Positions 40,854-47,666 of a stretch of DNA of 64,000 nucleotides are shown here, in pieces. Position 1 is the first letter of the stretch. Each line of letters begins with the position of its first letter. This DNA is from Flavobacteriales bacterium (GTDB lineage: Bacteria > Bacteroidota > Bacteroidia > Flavobacteriales > UBA7430): positions 115,555-179,554 of the forward strand of contig NZJX01000011.1 of the NCBI GenBank assembly GCA_002692065.1, written 5' to 3'. Below the pieces are notes generated by a model. That model searched no databases, was not told where the DNA came from, and saw only the letters and a program-made list of their open reading frames with translations. The position numbers and the translations under genes are program-made.

Positions 40854-42199
40854 TGAAAAAAATAACCTACATACTCTTACTAAACATCATAAATTGTTTT
40901 TCTCAACCAGAAATCTATTCTTGGCTTCAAAATACAGAAACAACCGGAAATTATTATATTGCCGGTTCTCCAGTATTAGTTCCAAATAATATTTTGGTTA
41001 ATTGTCAAAAGGTTCAGTTTTCCAATGATTATGTTTATGTGACAGCAACAGGGGTTCCTTCTTACCCAACAGGTCCTTTTCTTGACGGCAACCCGTCAAA
41101 CGCACAAAACCAAGCAGTGATTTTTAAAATTACTAGAAACCCACAGCAAAACTTGGATGATTTAACCTACACTACACCAGGAAATATAGGGGTTTTTATT
41201 AACGGAGTTGCGCTATTTGATTATAGAGATGGGGTTGCTTGGAACTCAAACACCAACCAACTGTGTGGCGGCCCTGGTAATCCACCATGTCCGGGTGGAT
41301 TTCTTGCAGAAATGGATTGGAATAGAGATGCAATTCTTGCAGAAATGGAAGGGTTTGATTGCGCAAAAGGACATCCAGCTATGGGAAACTATCATCACCA
41401 TCAAAATCCATCAGCGTTTAAACTAGATAGGTTTCTTGTTTCACATGTTTGTGATTTGTATGATTCAGAGGGGCTGTATGTAATCGATTCAACTGCTCAT
41501 TCCCCACTTTTGGGCTATGCTTTTGATGGTTTTCCTATTTATGGGGCATATGGATATCAAAATAATGACGGGTCTGGAGGTGTTGTTCGAATAGAATCAG
41601 GTTATAATTTAAGAAGTATAACAGAAAGAACTCACCATGCTGACGGAACAGATGTTGAGGATGGGCCAAGTATATCAGAATATTTTCTGGGGTATTTTAG
41701 AGAAGATTATGAATTTATAGACCAGGACGAAGATAAATATTTAGATGAGCATAATGGAAGACTCTGTGTAACGCCAGAGTATCCTGAAGGAACATATGCA
41801 TATTTTTGTACAGTAGATGAAAATTGGAATTCTAAATATCCATATGCTGTTGGGCCAACATTTTATGGCGAATATTCAAATAGTATGACAAATAATATTT
41901 TAGAACAAACAACCACCTATTATCAAACAAATTTAAATAATGAAAGTTTAACTGTGGGTTTTAACGCTTTCATCAACAAATCCTCAGAGTTAATAATTGT
42001 TCAATGCTTGGGATTGGTTAAAGAAAATACAAAGGTTAATGTTATAGATTTAAATGGAAAAATTTTAAAAAGCACACAGATTTTTCCTGGACAAACATTA
42101 GCAAGTATAGATTCACGAGCACTTTACAATGGATTATATATCATAGAAATAATTCAAAATAATAAAAGGCTTATCAAAAAATTAGCGATAAGTAGGTAG
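40853..42199 (+). CDS. YHYH-family protein with a T9SS-like C-terminal domain
   Basis: Signal peptide. FDCAKGHPAMGNYHHHQNP (YHYH-type motif) and LDEHNGRLCVTPEYPEGTYAYF (second family motif). C-terminal VNVIDLNGKIL...LYNGLYIIEI...KKLAISR. The start overlaps the upstream stop (TAATG). Confidence 0.65.
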   Translation: MKKITYILLLNIINCFSQPEIYSWLQNTETTGNYYIAGSPVLVPNNILVNCQKVQFSNDYVYVTATGVPSYPTGPFLDGNPSNAQNQAVIFKITRNPQQNLDDLTYTTPGNIGVFINGVALFDYRDGVAWNSNTNQLCGGPGNPPCPGGFLAEMDWNRDAILAEMEGFDCAKGHPAMGNYHHHQNPSAFKLDRFLVSHVCDLYDSEGLYVIDSTAHSPLLGYAFDGFPIYGAYGYQNNDGSGGVVRIESGYNLRSITERTHHADGTDVEDGPSISEYFLGYFREDYEFIDQDEDKYLDEHNGRLCVTPEYPEGTYAYFCTVDENWNSKYPYAVGPTFYGEYSNSMTNNILEQTTTYYQTNLNNESLTVGFNAFINKSSELIIVQCLGLVKENTKVNVIDLNGKILKSTQIFPGQTLASIDSRALYNGLYIIEIIQNNKRLIKKLAISR

Positions 42200-42206
42200 C
42201 CTACTT
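42190..42206. terminator. Short hairpin AAGTAGG-TAG-CCTACTT spanning the stops of two convergent genes
   Basis: 7-bp stem with a 3-nt loop, T-rich on the plus side. A possible weak bidirectional terminator. Confidence 0.3.
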
Positions 42207-43490
42207 TATTTTCTTTTTTGATGAACCATCATTATAAATAATAAAATGGATACCCCTATAATCTTTTATATTTAAAATTTCTTTTCCCAACACATCAATT
42301 ATTTTGTTAATAGAAAGATTTTTCTGATGGGTTTCGTTTAAGTTTAAATAGTAGCTATTGTTAGAGAGTTCTATAATTTCATTTGGCGGCTGGCTTGGCC
42401 AGCTATATCCACTTGTTGCAAGATATATTCTTCCATCCGGACTTACGCAAATATCACGCAATCTTCCCCACATATTATTAAAATATTCAGTTTGATTAAT
42501 AACACTTAGCCCGTCATCAGAGAAGTCAAACTTAACAAGCATTTTATTTTTTAACACAGTCATAAGTAGAGTATTTTGAAACTCAGGAATAGAAGGATGA
42601 TCATACCAAATAATATCAGAAGGAGCAATTGTTGGAGTCCAATTTACAAGGGGTTCTACTACATCATTTGCATTACAAAAGTTTGTTTCGTTGGGCGCAT
42701 CACAGAAGCCATGTACACTTGGCCACCCATAATTTCTGTTAGGCATAAGAATATTTAATTCATCATCATTTTGAGGCCCATGTTCAGAGCTATATACTAT
42801 TCCATTTGGAGCAAGCTCTAAACCTTGAGCATTTCTATGACCCCAAGAATAAACATAACTTGATGTGTCAGGATTATCCGAAGGGATACCTCCAAAATTG
42901 TCCTCTGAAACATCAACTCTTAAAATTTTTCCAGTAAGTTCAGATAAATTTTGAGATGAAGATTGATCTTGGGCATCGCCAGTTGAGATTAAAATGGTGT
43001 TGTCATCAAGAGCAAGAATCCTACACCCAACATGAGTGGTCCACCCATTAATGTTGTCAATAAGAATCTCTTCATTTTTGAGCTTGTCAAGAGTTTCATC
43101 GTAATTATATGAAACAAGGCGTTCTTTGATTTGGCCAGAACTAGTTGTGTATGTGTATACTAAAAATAGAATCTTATTGGAAGTAAAGCTTGGATGAAAT
43201 TCAAACCCAAGTAATCCTGCTTCACTATTTGTATAAGATGAGTAGGTTAAATCTTGAATGTCAAGAATAACTTTTTTTTCACCAGATTCAACATTTACTC
43301 TACTAACAATTCCAGGCCTTTCAGTCATCCAAATATATCCATCTGGGCCCCATTTAATCTCCCATGGAATGCTAAGGTTGTTAATTACCTCTCTGACATT
43401 TAGGGTCGTATTGCCGACATTAACAGTTTGAGAAACAACATAAAGATTCATTGAGAAAAAGCATAAAAATAATCTGAATGGAATTTGCAT
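42201..43490 (-). CDS. PQQ-dependent (soluble glucose/sorbosone dehydrogenase-type) beta-propeller dehydrogenase with a T9SS-like tail
   Basis: GLLGFEFHPSF, GKILRV...GIPSDNP, WGHRNAQGL...EHGPQNDDELNIL..NYGWP. Signal peptide. Short C-terminal IIDVLGKEIL...IIYNDG motif. Confidence 0.8.
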   Translation of the reverse strand: MQIPFRLFLCFFSMNLYVVSQTVNVGNTTLNVREVINNLSIPWEIKWGPDGYIWMTERPGIVSRVNVESGEKKVILDIQDLTYSSYTNSEAGLLGFEFHPSFTSNKILFLVYTYTTSSGQIKERLVSYNYDETLDKLKNEEILIDNINGWTTHVGCRILALDDNTILISTGDAQDQSSSQNLSELTGKILRVDVSEDNFGGIPSDNPDTSSYVYSWGHRNAQGLELAPNGIVYSSEHGPQNDDELNILMPNRNYGWPSVHGFCDAPNETNFCNANDVVEPLVNWTPTIAPSDIIWYDHPSIPEFQNTLLMTVLKNKMLVKFDFSDDGLSVINQTEYFNNMWGRLRDICVSPDGRIYLATSGYSWPSQPPNEIIELSNNSYYLNLNETHQKNLSINKIIDVLGKEILNIKDYRGIHFIIYNDGSSKKKIK

Positions 43491-43496
43491 AATTTT

Positions 43497-45551
43497 TTAT
43501 TTTGTGATTTTAATTTTTTTTGTTTTAGTTTCAATAATGTAAGTGCCTGATTCTAAATTCTCATAGCTAGAATAAACCTTTCTCCCTAATAAATCATATA
43601 TATTTAAAATTTGATTGCCATCGAAGGTTAACTCATCAATTGATACTGAACAATTGTCTGGAGAGACAATCACTTCAAGAGACTCCTCAGATTCGCATGA
43701 GGAAACAACCCAATCAACTTTCCAATTATAGAAAAAATAATAAAATCCATTTCCATACTCACTATCGTTAATGGAAATTATATTTTCAATAACATAAGGA
43801 TAATTGAAAGAGCTACCCCAACCCTCAGATCTACTTCTTTTAAGCATTGGGTTGGCAAAACCAAAATTTACTAGATTAGAATCGGTATTTGTGCCTATTT
43901 TATAGTTTTGTCCCTCATCAATATTCCAGTTAAGATTTAATGTGGCATCAGAGTTAATAAATACAGTTGTATCATGAATTATTTGGTTACTTTCATTTTT
44001 TAATTCAATGGTTCTGTTTCCTGAATACAAATTGTCAGTAAACACATCAATTGACTTTAGTATAAAGTCATCATTTGCATCAAATGTCATAAATCCATTA
44101 TACTCTTCACCGCTATATTCGGAATTTCCAGAATGATACTGTTCCCCAACATTGTCAGTTGAGAAGTTTTCAACAATTTGTTTGGCAAAAAGGTGTAATT
44201 CTTCTTCTAAAGATGGAACATAAAAGGGGGTTCCAACAAAAATTAATTCATCGTTTTCATTGTACCAAGTTACATTTTCTTCATTAAGCTCAATATAAAA
44301 AGGCTCACCAAGGCAAGCACTAGTTGGGTCGTAAAAAGAACTTAGAGTAGGAGGATCAGCATAAACTTTAAAAACGTTTGTTGGGGTAGACTCAACTATT
44401 TGATCACAGTTAGGATTTTCTACAGTAACACTGTAACTACCCTGTTCTGAAACACTAATACTTTGTGTTGTTTCGCCATTACTCCACAAATAACTATTAC
44501 CATAATTTGCAGTTAATTCGACACTTTCTCCTTCGCAAATTTCAATACTTCCTTGAATATCAATAGATGAAGTTCCATTGTTTTGTAGTGCTAAATTAAA
44601 CGGAATTGCCGAGTAATTATTATCAGAGTTTTCTTCCAAAAAATAATTGTTAGGATCAGCTATTCCTACAATCCAATACTCGCCATTACATATATTAGGG
44701 TCCAAATTAATCCACTGCTCTTCAAGCCATTCACCATAAAGATCGAGCCAACCTGAAGATATTCCTTGAACAACTTCTGAGCAACCGTAATTTCCCCCCC
44801 CTAGACCAAAGTTCGGAAAATCAACATTGTATAAAACTTCACCCTGTTGATATTGTGTGTTGTCGTCGCGGCAATGCCCTGTGTAATCGTCATTTGAGTA
44901 GGCGTCAATCGTATTATCAGGGCTACAGGTACCATAATCCATTAAGCAAAAACCAAGTTTTGCGCCATCAGACACAATTGGCCAGTTTCTTGGGTCTGGT
45001 TCATTTTCGTCCTTTATTCTTAGGGTAAAAACACCCCAATCATTTGTATGGTTATGCCCATGTGTAGGATGGTATGTCATACTCCCTGCTTGACGGTCGT
45101 AATGACTCATAGAGCCATCGCTATTTCTATGATAAATTCTTTGCCAAAGAATTTGTTCAGGATGACTTCCATCTGAACAGTAAAACTCTTCTTCAGAGGA
45201 GGGATCATATATTGATATTGTGTCGGTTATTCCGTCTTGATAACTACATATAAAAGTTCTGTATCCATCTGGTCCTGCACCTCTTACAGTAAGTGGTCCA
45301 TGACCAACATTAGGAGTGGAAACGCTGATACGTAATCGTCCGTTATTTTCCCCCTCTCCTGTTTGAGAATATTCAGTTGGCCCATTAGTTACGTTTTCAA
45401 GTCCAAACCAGGACACTTGAATATCAGGTAAAAGATCACAGTCGGTATCATTTGGATTTGCACATTGACAATCAGTAGCATCGTAGATAGTACATTGAGC
45501 AATTAAGTTAAAATTAAATATAAAAAGAAAGATGGATGTAATTTTGTACAT
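43497..45551 (-). CDS. Lysyl oxidase-like copper amine oxidase with Ig-like modules and a T9SS-like C-terminal domain
   Basis: Aligns by eye to the animal LOX catalytic domain. YHPTHGHNH matches WHSCHQHYH (Cu His triad; His164/166/168 at nt 45048-45062). GAKLGFCLMDYGTC matches GHKASFCLEDTSC (LTQ Lys198). QGISSGWLDLYGEWLEEQWINL matches [22 protein letters not shown] (LTQ Tyr272). Confidence 0.75.
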   Translation of the reverse strand: MYKITSIFLFIFNFNLIAQCTIYDATDCQCANPNDTDCDLLPDIQVSWFGLENVTNGPTEYSQTGEGENNGRLRISVSTPNVGHGPLTVRGAGPDGYRTFICSYQDGITDTISIYDPSSEEEFYCSDGSHPEQILWQRIYHRNSDGSMSHYDRQAGSMTYHPTHGHNHTNDWGVFTLRIKDENEPDPRNWPIVSDGAKLGFCLMDYGTCSPDNTIDAYSNDDYTGHCRDDNTQYQQGEVLYNVDFPNFGLGGGNYGCSEVVQGISSGWLDLYGEWLEEQWINLDPNICNGEYWIVGIADPNNYFLEENSDNNYSAIPFNLALQNNGTSSIDIQGSIEICEGESVELTANYGNSYLWSNGETTQSISVSEQGSYSVTVENPNCDQIVESTPTNVFKVYADPPTLSSFYDPTSACLGEPFYIELNEENVTWYNENDELIFVGTPFYVPSLEEELHLFAKQIVENFSTDNVGEQYHSGNSEYSGEEYNGFMTFDANDDFILKSIDVFTDNLYSGNRTIELKNESNQIIHDTTVFINSDATLNLNWNIDEGQNYKIGTNTDSNLVNFGFANPMLKRSRSEGWGSSFNYPYVIENIISINDSEYGNGFYYFFYNWKVDWVVSSCESEESLEVIVSPDNCSVSIDELTFDGNQILNIYDLLGRKVYSSYENLESGTYIIETKTKKIKITK

Positions 45552-45562
45552 AATAAATATAT

Positions 45563-45576
45563 TTTATGCAAAAATA
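45563..45576 (-). promoter_or_regulatory. -7 promoter box (minus-strand TATTTTTGCATAAA) for the LOX-like gene
   Basis: TAnnTTTG match 17 nt upstream of the ATG at 45551. It is the exact inverted copy of 45621-45634. Confidence 0.5.
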
Positions 45577-45620
45577 CGCAATAAGAATTTATAAATGACA
45601 AATAATATATTTTTTAATAT

Positions 45621-45634
45621 TATTTTTGCATAAA
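45621..45634 (+). promoter_or_regulatory. -7 promoter box TATTTTTGCATAAA for the deiminase-like gene
   Basis: TAnnTTTG match 19 nt upstream of the ATG at 45648. Confidence 0.5.
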
Positions 45635-45647
45635 TAAATCTTAATTT

Positions 45648-47633
45648 ATGAAGAGAGTAACTTTATTATTTTACGTTATAAATACCTGTTTATTTGCACA
45701 AACCCATTTACCCAAAGGGTTTCTTTCCAAGGAAAAGTTGATGATGGATAAATATTTAGAGTCATTCAATAATAAACTAACACCACCTCCTGCCTTTCCA
45801 GTGAGAACTATGGCAGAGTGGGAAGAAATAAAAGCATTAACATTAAGTTGGAATTCATACCCTGGAATATTAACTGAAATAATAAAACAAGCGGTTAGTG
45901 AAGTGGAAGTAATAATTTTTTGTGAAGATTCTAATTCAGTAAAAAACACCTTGTATTCCCAAAACATTGACTTAGAAAATGTAAATTTTATCCAAGAACC
46001 TACAAATTCAATATGGATAAGGGATTACGGACAACACACTGTTTACAAAGATGATGTTGGACAACAATATCTAGTAGATTGGATATACAACAGGCCCAGA
46101 CCGCTTGATGATGCTAGCCCTAATTTAGTTTCAAATTATTTTAATTATGATTTGTTTGCAACAAATTCAGGTGAGAATTTATTAGTAAATACAGGGGGTA
46201 ACTTTATGACAGATGGAATGGGTACGGCCTTTGCCTCTGAGTTAATTGTTGAAGAAAATGACGGTAGTGGGCCATATAATTCAGTGAATTATCCCAACCA
46301 TGATGAAAACGAAATAGATTCAATTATGAATTTATTTATGGGAATCAATAATTATATCAAAATGGAAACACTTCCATATGATGGGATTCATCATATTGAT
46401 ATGCATATGAAAATCATCAACGAAGAAACAATTTTAGTTTCAGAGTATCCACCCGGAGAATCAGATGGCCCTCAAATTGAGGAAAATATTAATTATATTT
46501 TAGATAATTATTTCACTCCTTATGGTAATCAATATAAAATAGTCAGAATACCATCCCCTCCTAGCACCAGTGGAAATTACCCAGCAGATGGAGGATATTA
46601 CAGAACGTATACAAATTCAGTTTTTATTAATAAAAAAATTTTAGTTCCATTTTATAGAGAAGAGTTTGATACCATTGCACAAAGAATTTATGAAGAAATA
46701 TTACCTGGCTACGAGGTTGTAGGAATTGACTGCGATGACTCTAACGATAATATAATCGCTGCAAGCGGAGCAATTCACTGTATAACAAAGGCAGTTGGGG
46801 TTGATTCTCCGCTTTTAATAAATCATGCACCTAAAAGAGATATGGGATATAAGTCTATAATTAATTTTCAAGCTAAAACAAATCATTTTTCAGGAATAGA
46901 TTTCGTACAATTACATTACAAAAAAGAAAGTGATCTAAATTATACGATTAAAAACATGGTTCATTTAAATGATGATGTTTTTTCTCTCGATGTTTTTGGT
47001 TTGCCTGCAAATGAAAAAATATCTTATTTTTTCAAGGCGAGAGCTAATTCAGGAAAAGAAATCAATAGACCAATTGTCGCTCCAATTGGAGGATTTGAGT
47101 TTACAATGTTTTCTGACCTTCCAAATAGTCAGATAATTTATTTAAAAGAAGGGTGGAACTTAATTTCCTCGTATATTTATAAAAATGATGATATTCAAAA
47201 TATCTTTGCAGACGTGTCTTCAAATATTTCTATTATAAAAAATAATTTAGGAGAAGTCTATTTACCAGATTTTTCTTTCAACTCTATTCAAAGTTACGAT
47301 CTTTTAGATGCATATTATGTTAAGATGAAAGCAGAAGATTCCTTATTAATAAGTGGAGCCATATTTTTGCCTGAAGAGTGGCCCCTGATTCTTCCCGAAG
47401 GCTGGTCATTAGTATCTTATTTAAGGTATGAACCTAATCTAGTTAATTTAGTTTTTAATAACTTGACTGAATCAGACAATTTAATTATTGTTAAAGATTA
47501 TTTTGGGCAAATGTATTTACCTCAATTTAATTTTAATGCAATAGGAGAAATGGAGCCTGGACAAGGTTATCAAATTAAAATTTCGCATCCGGACACTTTA
47601 CAATACCTACCCTTTAACCAATATTATGAATAA
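45648..47633 (+). CDS. Secreted Porphyromonas-type peptidyl-arginine deiminase / agmatine deiminase family protein with a C-terminal tandem-repeat extension
   Basis: Signal peptide. SIWIRDYGQ, NTGGNFMTDGMGT, GIHHIDMHM and GAIHCITK (catalytic Cys378, nt 46779-46781) match the PAD_porph/AguA pattern. Two ~75-aa repeats occupy aa 497-570 and 578-652. Confidence 0.8.
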   Translation: MKRVTLLFYVINTCLFAQTHLPKGFLSKEKLMMDKYLESFNNKLTPPPAFPVRTMAEWEEIKALTLSWNSYPGILTEIIKQAVSEVEVIIFCEDSNSVKNTLYSQNIDLENVNFIQEPTNSIWIRDYGQHTVYKDDVGQQYLVDWIYNRPRPLDDASPNLVSNYFNYDLFATNSGENLLVNTGGNFMTDGMGTAFASELIVEENDGSGPYNSVNYPNHDENEIDSIMNLFMGINNYIKMETLPYDGIHHIDMHMKIINEETILVSEYPPGESDGPQIEENINYILDNYFTPYGNQYKIVRIPSPPSTSGNYPADGGYYRTYTNSVFINKKILVPFYREEFDTIAQRIYEEILPGYEVVGIDCDDSNDNIIAASGAIHCITKAVGVDSPLLINHAPKRDMGYKSIINFQAKTNHFSGIDFVQLHYKKESDLNYTIKNMVHLNDDVFSLDVFGLPANEKISYFFKARANSGKEINRPIVAPIGGFEFTMFSDLPNSQIIYLKEGWNLISSYIYKNDDIQNIFADVSSNISIIKNNLGEVYLPDFSFNSIQSYDLLDAYYVKMKAEDSLLISGAIFLPEEWPLILPEGWSLVSYLRYEPNLVNLVFNNLTESDNLIIVKDYFGQMYLPQFNFNAIGEMEPGQGYQIKISHPDTLQYLPFNQYYE

Positions 47634-47666
47634 CAATCGTTTAAATAATTATTTAAAAAAGCTAAA

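Noticed and set aside
45600-45625. A 9-nt AT-only inverted repeat (AAATAATAT ... ATATTATTT) between the divergent LOX-like and deiminase-like genes, considered as a Fur-like box.
   Set aside because: It is A/T only, partly overlaps the -7 box, and has no convincing match to the GATAATGATAATCATTATC Fur consensus.
47641-47656. A perfect 16-nt palindrome TTAAATAATTATTTAA just upstream of the RND exporter gene, considered as an operator.
   Set aside because: It consists only of A and T in a very AT-rich genome, where such palindromes arise easily. It bears no resemblance to the TAGT-N3-ACTA dyads near the TetR gene. It would only be worth testing alongside those.
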